A DNA stretch of 57,490 nt, filler included, from Sphacelaria rigidula (lineage: Eukaryota): the NCBI GenBank assembly GCA_964200075.2. It is 8 parts of 8 records of this genome, joined end to end, with 100 filler letters (N's around TTAATTAATTAA, not from the genome) between each part and the next. Parts side by side here need not be neighbours in the genome. Positions count along the whole stretch, not along the records: positions 7,201 to 14,299 come from CAXNAA020016488.1; positions 14,400 to 21,498 come from CAXNAA020016489.1; positions 21,599 to 28,697 come from CAXNAA020016490.1; 5 more parts are not named here. The stretch is one strand, 5' to 3'. Shown here piece after piece: positions 9,994 through 23,047 of the stretch (positions within the stretch are counted from its first letter, which is position 1; every line of letters begins with the position of its first letter). A program made the position numbers and the translations under genes. The notes under the pieces are model-generated. The model was not told where the DNA came from, ran no database searches, and saw only the letters and a list, made by a program, of their open reading frames with translations.

Positions 9994-12900
9994 TCCCGGT
10001 GCTCAAAGCAACACCATTGAGGCATTGTGAACGCATATTTTCACGAGAAGCGCAGCGCGAGCGCGTGGAAAGGTTGGGTAGACGGTAGTCGTGTGTCGAG
10101 GAATCTTGGTGACAACGAAAATCAATTTTGCGAGAGGCGCATATACAACCCTGTGTATCCCGTGCATGGAGTGTGGGTTGGTAGATTCGTGGGCATGGCT
10201 TCAGTTATTTTCCTCTCTCGGCGTGTCCTCTGTCGCCTGTGCCAGTTGTGCGGGCGTCGGTATCGGTGTGGGGCTGGGTGTTTTGGCGAGCTCAGGTGCC
10301 TGTCCGTTTTGGTAACATCTCCCAACGTCAATACAGCGTGATTCAGCTAGCGCGTTCCATTTGCGGCACTACAGTGTGGCCTGCGTGGCGCATGTAGTAA
10401 TGAAGGGGTCGAATTCAATTGACGGTCTGCGACGCTGTACACGCGATTGGCATAGAGAACTAAAAGCCCGCCTACCCAAACAGTTGAGTAGGAGAGACTG
10501 ATAGGAGTGATGCACGGTGTGGTATACTTGCATGTTACATGTTTTTGTGTTTCGTTGCCTCCGTTGTCGTGCCGATGATATGTTATTTTCCACTTGACAC
10601 GTTTTTTTTTCTTCAAGTTTTTAGTGCTTCGTGTGCATGCGATTACTGTGATATAATGCATTTGGGTGACCTTGTCGCGGTTTGTGAGACTCGCGGATTC
10701 CTCGGGCGAGAGCCGTTGCCAGTAATCAATGTCATTCCATGTCCTGCGATCCTGGTGAACGTATTTCGTGCTGAAAGTCAAGGTCGTATGTCATACCGGG
10801 TATACGTTCTTGTTTGTTCTCTGAGGCAAATCGCTGCGTGTTGACGGTTCTCAAGGAACAAGTCAACTGCGCAATTTAGTTTGAAAGTTGAATGGAATTC
10901 GATCGGAGGCACCGTTTTGAGAGCGCTGTTGCCTTTTCATCCGTCATATGCATCACGTGCGCACACCTACCTGTCGGCACAGCCAGGTACAGGTACCCGT
11001 CTACTGGGGGTTGCTGTGGGCAACATCGCCAGCAAGGGCGGAACCATCAACACCGCGAATTCCAGGAATGTCACAAGAGATCTGAGATTGACAGTCGACT
11101 TTCCTGCTTTGAGTGCCGAGTCCCCTACTCCCGGAGATTTTCCGAAAGGACGCTGAGATGGCAACACATGACAATTCTTCCGCCAGTTGCAATCGGTCAC
11201 AATCGGTGTGTCATTTTTCACGCTAATCATCTGACGATCAACTTCGGTGTCCGCACTTCGGAAGGAGATGTGAGAAAACATGAAGGAAATAGCCTGAGAT
11301 GGCCCATACTCGGGTCTAAGAGTTGTCTGTGCTTAAGGCATGCCTGCAGCATCGAATATCTTGGACACCGTCTCCATCATGTTTCCACCTGTTTCGAGAG
11401 TGTAGCTCGAATACTTACGTTGATATCTACGCACTCAGCCAAGACCTGGACTTGGAAAAAGGCGAGCGTAAGTTGCCGTATACTTGCAGAGTACTGCGAA
11501 GGGCGTCTTCAGTAGAAGAGAACCGACATAGCTTTCAGTTTACCTGGCTGCTTCGGTGCAAGACGGCAACCAACCTGACATATATTCGATTCTGAAGTGT
11601 CAGATGGATAGTATCCCATCGCGTCCCGTCTACCATCCCGTAATACCCTTGCTCCTTTTTGGAGCACTCACTGGTGTTATTGCGGGAGCTGAGAGAAATT
11701 GCTTCCAAAATGCGGATGCATGTCTCCATGTTGGCGAACAACCGTTACTCGTTCTTTGCCCGCAACGCGCTTCAAGGCACGTCATGAAACGGCGTTTTTA
11801 AGCAGGATGCGACAGTTGTTTTCGTATTTATCTTTTTGAAGCGATTAAACCACGGGAAACTATATTTTCGTGAGATTGAGAGTAGAGGATACGATTGAGG
11901 GTGATGAGCTATCAATTAAGGAGTGAATGTTTTCAGTCTCGATATTCTCCTCCTCGAGGCCCGGTACGCTTTCTGCAGGAGATTGCCACTGAAGACCCCT
12001 TGAGATATATTTCCCCGAGTAGGATATCGACGTGTAGCTGTAAGCATACGCCAGTGTTACAGGCAAAGAAAAGCACGCACAAAATGTGAAAATAGTCAAG
12101 TTGAACCGAATGATGGAACCCACTCTCAATCAACGCGCTACTACTCTCACTCTGACGAAAAAATCGTTGGAAATGTTCTCAACAATCCGCGCAAGCGCCC
12201 GCCGTGACCGTTGCGAGTGCATGTGGCTTATTCTATACCGGACCGTTTTTGTCCAAGGTATGCGTATTTCCTTACGAATCATATCATTTCAGGCCACTCC
12301 TTACTGGAACCGAAACATTTCATGATTCAAGGCCCGTCTTGACCCCTCGGCAGCGCTTTTTGTGTGAAACGGCGGTAAGGCTGATGATGCCACCTTAGAT
12401 GGACTCGCTGTGCGATGTGAGGGGATCCCGGCACAGTTCGGGGATTGGGATCACAGCAAGTTATTCTGAGGTGGCCCTTTCCACTGGCATCTTTTGGCGT
12501 GCATATCGTTGCCGAAGGGTTAGAATCGGCCTGTTTGACGAACTCCTATTCGTTCCCACAAGAAGTGGTAGCAAAGCCGGTGACGATTTTTTTGCTGATT
12601 CGCACTCCAGCCTACTATTATAAAATGCTTACAAAAGAAAAATACTACAGTAGCCACCAATAAGTACAGAAATAGGACCAAGTTTGAAAATATATATCAT
12701 CTAAAAAGGGAAATTATGGTGAGGACGCCAAAAAAAGTCGTGAATTCACCAGCAATTTGAATGGAGTTTGGTTCTATTTATTGTTGAACTCGGTACTAAA
12801 GAACATACTCATGTGAGAAAAGAATAAACTTACAGACACAGAGAAAATCTGAATCCTCGCATACGCACAAGCCCGCGAGCGCTACATCCTCGTCTTGCGT

Positions 12901-12999
12901 TTTTGTGTAAGCTCCACGCGGAATTCGGGCGTTGATCTGGTATGTTCACGTGGAATATGAACTTGCATCTGAACCATCGATCTTGTACGTGGGCGACCA

Positions 13000-13973
13000 C
13001 ACACGTGGACAGACAGCACCCTGTGGGACGTGCTGCACAGGGTTTCGCAGTCATGACGGAATATGTCCCCTTCAATATATCAAAACTGAGAGACATCCAC
13101 ATTGTATAGCTATACGTACAGCGCATGCCGCCGTGCTAACTCTGTAGTATATAGACCACCACACGTATCTGCACGGTACGGTGCTGTTTTGGACGCTATT
13201 GTACAGTCCAGTACAGCACCATACCGTGCGTATTGTTGAGATGATATCCCTGCTATATCTTGTTGTTCTTGTTGTTGTTTTTGCCTTGGTGTCTCATATG
13301 GTAAGCACGAGACTACGGGTTTTTCAGAACTCTCATTTAGCAGGAAGGTATATGCCGTGGTCATACTATCACCACAGCTGAGTACAGCCGTGTGGACATA
13401 TACTCGCAGTCAGTGTATGGGATTTGCAAGCAGCACATGCTATTCGAAATTCCCTCATTGCCCCAAATGACATGTGAATCGGAGGGCAAAATGACGAGTT
13501 TTCAACCATTTCTTGTGCCTCTCGAAATTCATACGCTGATTACGGTACAGTATGTGGAACTTGCACAGCTGAGGCTGTTCACAATAAGTTATCTTTTTGC
13601 CCAATTTCAGGATGAGTGGGCGTGAAAAGTTAGGATTTATTTCGAGCAGCTTCTGCCGTACAAATTCCAAATCTGTCAGTGTATGGGATTTGTACAGCAG
13701 AAGTTGTTCGAAATAAATCCTCTTCTGGCCCAATGTTGGAAATTGGGCAAGAAGAGGATTTATTTCGAGAAGCTTCTGCTGTATATAATTCTACAGACAT
13801 TGTGACAAAATTTTGACCTTTCAAAGTGGGAGTGCCTCCACAGTGTCAAGAAAAACGCTATACAAAATGTGAGTAGAGGCACTAGGATTTGGAAATGCTG
13901 TACAGGAGTTCTCACAAAGACTGTGAAGAACCCTGTGCAGCACGTCCTACAGGGTGCTATCTGTCCACGTGTG
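13000..13973. mobile_element. Non-autonomous TIR element (~975 bp) with ~45-bp TIRs and internal direct/inverted repeats
   Basis: CACACGTGGACAGACAGCACCCTGTGGGACGTGCTGCACAGGGTT versus AACCCTGTGCAGCACGTCCTACAGGGTGCTATCTGTCCACGTGTG; internal hairpin 13171-13229 and repeated GTCAGTGTATGGGATTTG units. Confidence 0.75.
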
Positions 13974-14419
13974 CTGTCTGCCGGTGAAAACCCTTGTCTG
14001 ATTCCACGCGTCTTACAGAGATCGCTGAAGGGCCCGGCAAACTTGCCTCCACGGCCTGACCTTACAGCTTTCACGACCGATGGCATGCGATTCAATCCTA
14101 CATCTGCAAGGTACTAACAGGGGATGCTATAAAATGAGGTTGATCGATGAAAAGAGGTTTGAGGAGGCTAGCCAGTATGCGACAAAAACCCAAGGGAAGT
14201 GCCGTCCGCAAGTGCCTTCGATCGATATCGGGGGGGGGTGGGGGGGGGGGGGGCGTTTCTGCTTGCCTCAGTCATTTCATTGTTGACCTTTCGAGACGGN
14301 NNNNNNNNNNNNNNNNNNNNNNNNNNNNNNNNNNNNNNNNNNNTTAATTAATTAANNNNNNNNNNNNNNNNNNNNNNNNNNNNNNNNNNNNNNNNNNNNC
14401 CCCCCATCCTTTTCTTTAC

Positions 14420-17400
14420 CGGGAATATTTGTTGCCAAGCCTCCATGAAGTAGGGTACCATGCTGACGAACGACAACCATAGATACTGCCACCACCAGAA
14501 AACGTAGTCGCCCTGAGACTGCATGCCCATCGACTCCCGGCTCTTGGTTGCCACCAAAGACATGTCGTCCTCGTTGTGCCGGGTTGACCACCTGTCCGAA
14601 AGAAATGAAAGCACGGACCAAAAAAGCAAAAAAGCAAAAACAGGACAAGGGAGATTGATTTATTAGTTGTCGCACTTCTACTGACCCCCCGAGGATTCAG
14701 CAGTGGTCTCATGACAGACGTACCCGAAACACTTGCTGAGCAATATTTGAAAAAAGAAAAGAAAAACACGCTAAAAAATTCATGAGTTTGTTGCATACAC
14801 CTTTCCTGGCAAAAACACCTGGAGAGTATCTCATGTATAACGCATGGTGAGCAGGATTCGACACACACGAAACGAAATTAAAAAGCCCGAATGCTGTCCC
14901 TTTCACCGCCCGGGTGGGTCGTGGGTCGTCATCTACGCCGTCGATTCATTTTTTGAGCTCAGTCAAGCGAGACAGATTGAGCACACCGATGATTTACGTT
15001 GCCGGTGACGTGTTGACCATGTTCGACAATGTTGTACCTGTGTAGAGCAATCGACACGTGTCGCATTTAACAGGGGGTACGGCAAAAGTTTCCACACGTC
15101 GGACAGCTCATGAGCTACCTCATTATTATTTCATATCACTGTACTGATTCCCGATGAAGAGCTAGCTCGTTTGACCCATGCTTCCCATGTCTTCTCCCTT
15201 CAGCAGTGGATGCCGCGCACACGGAGTTGCGCAAAGGTTTCTCATGTCGCGTAGTTTGTGCTTTTAGACAAGCGATCCGAGAGTCCCATGTGATAAGATA
15301 TTTTAATTTGCTTGCTCATGAGCTGTTCGACGTGGGAAAGTTTCAAACATTTTCTTCGCACCATTCTTTGGAACCAAACGATTGACAACAGACGATTTTT
15401 TTTTTTTTTTAGGTCGGCCATCTCTTTCTGTACTTTGCTTTTGCTAAGAACAAATTTTAACGTCCTAGTCTACTATGTCGTTCTGTTCAACTTTTTTCTG
15501 CTCCTTTATTTTCTTCAACGAGTGTTTCAGTTTTACTTTTTTGGGGTACGTCTATCATGCGACCACGATTGAACCCATGGGTGGTCAGTTAAAGTGTGAC
15601 GATCAATCGATCAATCAATCAAGGGGGGAAGCGAAAAAGAATGAAGTCGAAGCACGCTCTCCTCCATAAACATACAAGCTCACATGAAGTAGAGGCTCTG
15701 ATACACCAGGATGAGGAACCGGAGGCTCAGCCTCACCAGGAAGCCGCACTTGGCCGTTCCCGAGATCTGGATGCCGGGGAAAGCTTGCCACACCTGCATG
15801 TACAGTATTCAGCCATTTTCCAACACGGCAGCAAAAGTGGAAACGGGCCATCCGCGAAAAAAAAATGAATTGACAATAAAAAAAAAAACGGGCATGGCAG
15901 GTTTGTGGTCCCACTATACGCGGACTGTACACTATTCCAACATGGGGAACTTCAGCACCGGCAGTACAATTATATTGAATACAGCAGTTCGTCTGACCTT
16001 CATCTTACCCGTAAGGGGCATAGAGAGATACGCATTCCGAGGTTGTGTTTGTATTATTAGGGTATACCCGGGAGGAGGGGGGACTTTAGGTTGGCATATC
16101 AAGCTATACTGGAATACGTACCGAATATTCCGGTATGATTCGTCAGGGTATCGAGCCAGCCCTATTCCCAACACTCCGTTATGGTTCGGGAGGAAATTTT
16201 CCGACAAAATATTTTGTTTCCACGTCTGAAAATACCGTACCCGAATTTCAGCCGGTACACAATACTCCATAGAACACACACTAGTACACATTCTACCCAC
16301 AGACAAATGAGTATATATATATATATATATATATATTGATGTCCAACTAAGATTAGGTGTGAACGCTCTCGTGCAAGCGGGACAATAAGACCTACTCGAA
16401 ACAGTACACTTAACATACTCCTTCAGCTCCACGTCACCCTGCGACATTCTTTATTTTCGAAAGCTTTGATGAGATAGTGCAATGTTTTCCCATTACCGTT
16501 AACTTTCGACGAGGGCGAGATTCGACCTCGGACCCAAGCAGTCAGTGCTTGAAAGTATGCGCGTACTAGCCAATACGCGGGGCCCTGACGGTGAATCTGA
16601 CACTTTAATTCTGAAAAACGGGAATCTGACTTTGAAAAACATGGGTACACGATGAACACAGGAGACACCATATACATACATGTTCATAGGTCCACCGACG
16701 TGTGTACTTGCCTCAAGACTGGTCCACACGATGCCCAAGAAGTTGATGCTCCAGAACACCGTCGACATCATCTGTGCAGAGGACATCCAGAGCGAACCAT
16801 ATAATCGTAATTATCTTCTCTTTTCCAACACCGCGGAGGAACGATCCCCATACGTTGTGGATAATCCTGACAAGGGCCGTGTCTTAGCACATCGCGTTTC
16901 GATCCAAAAAGTGCGGTCGAAAACAAAAAACCCGATCTGATAGGTCGTGATTTCGATTATTTTCAGAATTAACGATGGTTGAAATGACGACCTATCAGAT
17001 CTGGATTTTTGTTTCCCACCGCACAATTTCAATAAAAAATTAATGTGCCAAGACACGCCCATAATCTCATATTTATTTCAAAAACGGGACAAAATTCTCA
17101 CATGCTGTACGAGTTCAATACGTCGTGTATCCCGCGTTCCTCAAACTCACGCCAAATATTTCGTGTGCGGGGGACAGGACCAGCGACACAATATAGCCGA
17201 TCCTGTACTCGTCCAAATATTCGAAAATTGCAACGCGAAATTTACGCAAATATTTTGGAAATGAAACGAAACGGAAAATAATCTCTCCGAAGCGTCCGTG
17301 GAGGAACATGACCCATCTCTATGTGCCGACATATCAAACCCGCTGAGAGGAACATGACATGCAAGGCACATACACGCGCTTCGTTCCATGAAAAAAACTT

Positions 17401-20400
17401 AACCACCCAGTGTTGGGAAAAGCGAGTAGCGGCTCTTCGTGTGGCTCTCGAAAACTGTCAGCGAAGTCGTGCCCTGCTTCCGTTTTTTATGCATGACATC
17501 CGAAACCAGCGAAATCCCTATTTGGCATGTTTGTACAGCCAGCGAGGACTCACTGACAAGATTGGGGCCCGATTCTGTGTCGCTCTGCTGATCTTGGTCG
17601 ACTCTACACCTTCTGTCATGAGACCACGCCTGGACCCTGGGGGGGGTCAGTTAGGTCAGTTAAAGTACGACAATCAAAACATCACTGAATTCGATGGACA
17701 AGTATCACTACTAAAAAATGCGGTTTGAGGAGACCCGCCGGGTTCGTGAGTTTTTTCTTATTCCCGTTTGTGGGCTCATTTTCCGTCCTCGTTTCGCCCC
17801 TATTTTTTACCCTACTTGAGCTCTTTCCATAGACAGGACGCCTTCCTTCATTCCGCCTCAGCTAGTCCTTTGTGTGACTCCAGCAGGACTTTTCATTAAA
17901 AAAAAAAAAATCAAGTTAGAACATAACGACGGTCATACTTCAGCACACCGTCCACTTCATCTGCGGACCACAGAACACGGCACATCAAGCCTACGGACAG
18001 AACAAATTAATACAGGAGCAAATTAAAAAGAGAGTACGTGTTCGGCATGTCTTTTTCGCACACGGAACAATAACAGAACGAACGAGAAAACTTCGTTTGT
18101 TTTTTCCACAACAAAGGTAAACCTTGATCTGCACCGAACATCATGTCCACTGTACACTGGGACAGTACATATTCCCAAGATACAGACGAGCGTTGGACAC
18201 CGTGGTAATTTGGAATAAAAAACACGCCTCCCCAGAAGATGGTAGGGAACCAGAAAGACAGCAGAAAATAGAAAAGAAAAGAAAGATATACTGTTATCAC
18301 ATAGCAGCAACCAAAATATATATGACATAACAGGTTAATAATCACGTACTTACTCGTACAACCCTTGTACGAAGTATGGGAAAACAGTCAAGAAAAAAAG
18401 AAGGCATGATTGACGCCGTACCTGCAACGTGTAGGCCTTGGACCACACCATCATGGAGCTAAATGACAACACAGCCAGAATCTGGAACGTTATCACGTGG
18501 AATTCCACTACTCTGTGGAAGCACAGCACCGTGGAGAGAATGCTGCGCTTCTCCAGGAAGGTCTTGGGCGCCACCTGCGTGTTTTTTATTTTTCCGCCAA
18601 AAAACGCAAGTGCTGTTTTCACATGTACAGGAAGCAAGAAATCACTAATAAGGTAACGATTACGGAGTGGTGGCGTCGCCCAGGGCCACGAAAGAACCCC
18701 CCGAAGCTTGATTTAATCTCAGGGAAGGCGTCGGCCACGCCGTCGAAACTTGTACACAATGGTTTGGTCACGGAAATATCTCAGAAATGGTTTGTCTAAC
18801 CATCAACCAGTTGAATGGTACATAATGGTTTGGTCATCGAGCGGCGCAGCCACGAGACGAGAAGCCCGCCCCGGCAAGAGGGGCCCCGCCCGAGGCGCCA
18901 TGCCGGACGCACGTTTATACGCGATTTGGCTTCACTACAGCTAAAATATGCGTCAATTTGGACCAATTGTCAAGGGGTGCATGTAGCATACGTAGCCGGT
19001 ACCGGTAAATGATGGTCTTAAACTATTCTCCAAAATTTTCATATAACCACTACCACTGACACCATTATAATGATAATGGTCAGTCATCACTGGAACCATT
19101 CCCGAGCTCTAACCATCACCAGGATTTTATAATCGCGGACTGCTTGTTATGGAGAAAGTCGACGTGCGATTTATGTTCCCTGGGCGTCATTATTCTTAGT
19201 AACGAACGCCATTGAATAGTGCTCAGCGTGAGTGCGATTCTCATGCAATAGCACCCGCCTGTGGTTTGGGTGATCATTAATCGATTGCCGTGCATCGATT
19301 GATCATCCGCTACAAATCACAGCCACCCAACGTGAACGAAACGGGAAACGCCCGCTAGAGATGGGCGCTAGAAAGGATCCGCGGGGAAAGCGGGGATGGG
19401 GGTACGGAAGAATGGAAGGAAATGGCACTCACAAAGCAAACGAAAAAAGACGAACGAAAACGAAAACGAAAACGAAAAAATAAAAGAAACAGCGGAGAGG
19501 AATAAAACAAGAAGGAGCAAACTATGAACGAGAAGATAAAAACAAAACAAGAGAAACGCCAGGCTGAGATCTTGTACCGGTCCAAGAACAACCCCCGACA
19601 GACCCCTGCCGCATGACTAATAGGTGAAAGGTGTGCGTGTGTATCAATGTGACGTATAGTTTAGACGAATAATGTGCCGTGTGAACGAACTGCGTGTACG
19701 AGGAAGCTCATGACTATTGAACAGGAAAAGTGCAATGAATACGTACTTGGGGCTCTGTATAAACGCAGTGTGTTTTTTTGTGCACGCTACCCACAGCTCC
19801 CCATGTGTTTTGGATGCGTATGTACATGTTCATCAAAGTATATACGCGGACAGGACATGAATCCAGCACAAGGGCACTATTTCGTGGACTATACACACAC
19901 CCTCAGCCACAATGTAGTGCCATCAGCATACCTTCATCCCCTCAGACACCGGAAACGGACGATCGCCCGGCCTGGGTGCATCGGCCGCCCTCAAGCTCCC
20001 GCGTCCGTCCTCCGCGGCATCGGTGGAATCCACGTTGTCAGCGTAGCGGTAGCTGTACCTGTGTGTTCATTCATTCATTATTGTTGCATTGCATTGTAAG
20101 TAGTAGTACCAGTGCTTGCTAGGGCGCCCAGGTTGAGGAACTTGAAGAACGTCAGAACGTACTCTCAGCAAATAACCAATAATGTTGTGTTACAAGGATA
20201 TGAGGAAACGAGCAACAACTGCCACAGAGGATACCGTTTCCACCTAAAAAGCTGAACGAGGAATAAGCAGAAAAGAGGTATATGACGGAGTTTTTTTTTT
20301 CCTTCTAATTGCGATTTGATTGTCGCACAATAACGGACTGCAAGCAGAGAATGACGATACATACTTGAGGCAGCTCGGCGTCCAGAAGAACTCGTTGTAG

Positions 20401-20456
20401 TCGTCGTAGTTCAGCGTGGCCAGGTGGTCGCGCCCCTTACCCTTTCGGGTCACCAC
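14420..20456 (-). CDS. 1,3-beta-glucan (callose/laminarin) synthase, GT48, six internal exons: 20456-20365, 20058-19932, 18574-18422, 16771-16712, 15793-15684, 14591-14420
   Basis: Spliced ORF contains LNYDDYNEFFWTPSCLK (FKS1/CalS NYDDxNE.FW motif) and PKTFLEKRSILSTVLCFHRVVEFH (CalS KTxFxExRS...F.R), followed by hydrophobic TM segments. All six exons join in frame; one intron is GC-AG. Confidence 0.9.
14653..14915 (-). mobile_element. SINE-like element ending in an (AATC)n retroposon tail; tail-only copies at 15544-15622, 17611-17677, 37246-37318, 45204-45263 (+)
   Basis: Shared 3' end GGGTACGTCTGTCATGNGACCACGGCTGGATCCCTTGGGGTCAGTTAAAGTGCGACAATCAATC; this copy has a degenerate B-box-like GTCGAATCC upstream. 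Confidence 0.7.
16397..16625 (-). repeat. Dispersed ~230-bp TE-derived coding-like fragment; second copy 23178-23402
   Basis: Copies translate to AYFQALTAWVRGRISPSSKVNGNGKTLHYLIK and AHFEALTAWVEGRISPSSKVNGDGKTLNYLIK. Confidence 0.75.
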
Positions 20457-20809
20457 CTTCGGAGGGGGAGGGGGGGGGGGGGGGGGGAGAAAAAGAACAC
20501 CAAAAAACAAACACAAAACAAAAAAAAAAAAAAAAAGGAGCAAGAGANNNNNNNNNNGCCACTGCGCCGGACCGCGGCGGTGGGGGGCGGCGAGGGGGGG
20601 GGGGGGCAATCACACCACATACCGAAAACACATCGTACCAAAAAACAAAATCGAGTGAGGCACGAGGCACGAATACTCCTGTGGAACAGGATTCATCAAA
20701 ATATATTTCTTCATCAGGTTGGCGAAAAAGTAAAATCTGGTCGTCACACACAACACACTGGTATATGTCGTCGGTGTTGTTGTTGCCGCTGTCTTCACAA
20801 GAAAGAAAG

Positions 20810-21110
20810 AAAACGTTCCGATCTCCGCGCAGTATCTCCTCACCATCCGTACAGGGCAGAGGTGATGGGGACGCCTTCCGTGGTCACAGGCTACCCAAAA
20901 TGAGGCATACAAAGGAAAGCAAATATGAAAAAAAAAAACCTAGGAACCAGAAAAATCAACGCAGACGCTACACAATACAATAATTATTAAATGTAAATGT
21001 GAAGACCAGAATATCCGGTGCCGCGGGCAACCAACCATCCCGACTAGAGGTGGTGGAGCTCATCGTTCCCACACGCGAGGGCAAGCAAATAGAAGACCAA
21101 AACCACAAAC
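20810..21110 (-). mobile_element. Retroposon (LINE-like) 3' end; related copy ends at 41205-41286 (+)
   Basis: GGGTAG..TG(A/T)ACCACGGAAGGCGTCC...TGCGCRGAKATCGGAACG followed by a T-run in both copies, each preceded by T-rich sequence. Confidence 0.55.
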
Positions 21111-21794
21111 CAAGGATCACTGACAAAGACGAGAAATATCGCATGGTTTCACGATCTTTCTACCCCTACATGGCCGGGGTGAATTTTTCATGCGGGGAAA
21201 AGGAAAAACATAGGTGAACATGTACGAACGTCGAATCGGGGAACGCGTCCACACCGTACATCGACCCACCCGCCGGAGAAAAAAATCAAAGATGAAAACA
21301 GCGGGAAATAGCTCAGCTGGGACGGGAGGGGAACGCCACGGATAACTCAGACACTTTCTACGATAGCCCCCCGCCAAAAGTGCATGGTTTTGGAAGGCAA
21401 AATCTTTACGTAAATCGAAAATGGAAAAGCCGAGCACAACGAGCAGCTAGGAATTCCCACGCTTGGGTTCGTTCTCGCCAATGTTGCCAATATGAGGCNN
21501 NNNNNNNNNNNNNNNNNNNNNNNNNNNNNNNNNNNNNNNNNNTTAATTAATTAANNNNNNNNNNNNNNNNNNNNNNNNNNNNNNNNNNNNNNNNNNNNGT
21601 GCTGACCCAACCCGCGAGACCAAAATGTAAGGCGCGTACCGGGGGAGAGATGGGTTGATGCCTTGAGATCACGGACTCATCCCGAGGAAGGGGACGGGTT
21701 CAGAGTGCGAAGAATTTGTCTTTTTACTCTTTTCCCTCCTTGGCGCTGGAAAGTGATGCATTGTGAGGCATTGTGATGCATTGCGATGCGTAAA

Positions 21795-22513
21795 GGTTTT
21801 TGCCAGAGGAACATATCTGGAACGTCCTTGCTCTAGGTGTTCCATTTTCACAGTCATTGTCGGTTTCTGGTGACTAGGGGGCATCACTCAACGTGCGTCA
21901 TAGTACTTTAATCGTAACCTATGAACACCGATTTTTTAGAGATTACTGTGAAACCGCAGTTCGATGGGTTAATCAAGGAGAAAAAGAAAAAAACGTTTGC
22001 GTCGAGTACGGCGTTGCCAAACACAGACTTGAAGGCGAAATTTGTTCCGAAAACTAGGGGATATGCCATTTTCATCCCCGCATTATTACATTTATTTGCA
22101 AAACGGACCGCACTAGTGTCATACACATTTGTACCGAAGGAGAAAGCCTGAAACGTCCCAGGTGTTCAATTTTCGAAGTCATTGTCGATTTCTGCTGAAA
22201 AATAAGGGATTAGAGGGCACCACTCAACGTGCGTGATAGAGTACCTTAATCAAAACCGATGAACACCAAACTTTGGGATATTACTATCAAAACGTATTTC
22301 AATGAATTGAAAAAGAAACAAAAAGGAAAACAGTAGTTTTCGTCGAGTACGGCGTTGCCAAACACAGACAGACTTGATGGCAAAATATGTCCCGTAAAAC
22401 AGGGGATGGGCGATTTTTATCCCCGGATCATATTAATATTTGTTTTCTCGAACACGGACCGCACTAATCTCATAAACATTTGTACCAAAGGAGAAGGTCT
22501 GAGACGTCCAAGG
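21795..22513 (+). repeat. Diverged tandem duplication, ~330-350 bp period, ~2.1 copies
   Basis: CACTCAACGTGCGT, CGTCGAGTACGGCGTTGCCAAACACAGAC, ACGGACCGCACTA and ACATTTGTACC each occur twice at matching spacing. Confidence 0.8.
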
Positions 22514-22853
22514 TCGCGAGAAATCAACTGCTGCGTAAAGTGTACCGTAATTGAAACAGAGGAGGGTTTTTGGCCGCATTTTTTTGTCGATAGATCCATA
22601 CTCCACATCTACTCCTGTAACTTGGTTTGATTGTTTTTCAATTTTGAAAAGCTTGGGTGATAGAGGATTAAATCGCCTCTCTCCGGATACTCTGGGCATT
22701 GTTCTACGTGTAGTGGTTCCCACAAACTAGAGTTATTCCTGTCAGGTGCCTTAAGCGCACCTTGATTGGGACATTTATCTCTAGGCAGTTATGAAGGCCG
22801 TTTCTTTGGCTCTTTCACGCCAACATTTGTATGCGAGTAGGTCATGGCACTCA

Positions 22854-23047
22854 GGCCGTGTCTTATCAAATCGGTTTCGACTCAAAAACGTACGGTGGAA
22901 TCAAAATTTGCTCGTACCTGATTTGTCCACGCTGCTAATTTTTTCACATGGTTGAGAACATGAATGCCGTGGACGTAGCATCAGGTACGAGCATATTCGA
23001 TTCCACCGTACGTTTTCGAGTCGAAAACAATTTGATAAGACGCAGCC
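22854..23047. mobile_element. PIF/Harbinger (Tourist-like) palindromic MITE, 194 bp, TCA target-site duplication
   Basis: TCA|GGCCGTGTCTTATCAAAT...ATTTGATAAGACGCAGCC|TCA; ~75-bp arms, GGC termini and a 3-bp TNA TSD. Confidence 0.8.

Noticed and set aside
10892..11515. 207-aa ORF with SKSC...IEYLGH resembling a Gypsy RT motif
   Set aside because: No YxDD or other RT motifs appear in any nearby frame; likely chance.
7497..20456. Apparent cluster of UDP-sugar pyrophosphorylase with beta-glucan synthase (UDP-glucose to laminarin/callose)
   Set aside because: The two genes are on different scaffolds separated by an artificial linker; adjacency reflects sorting by length.
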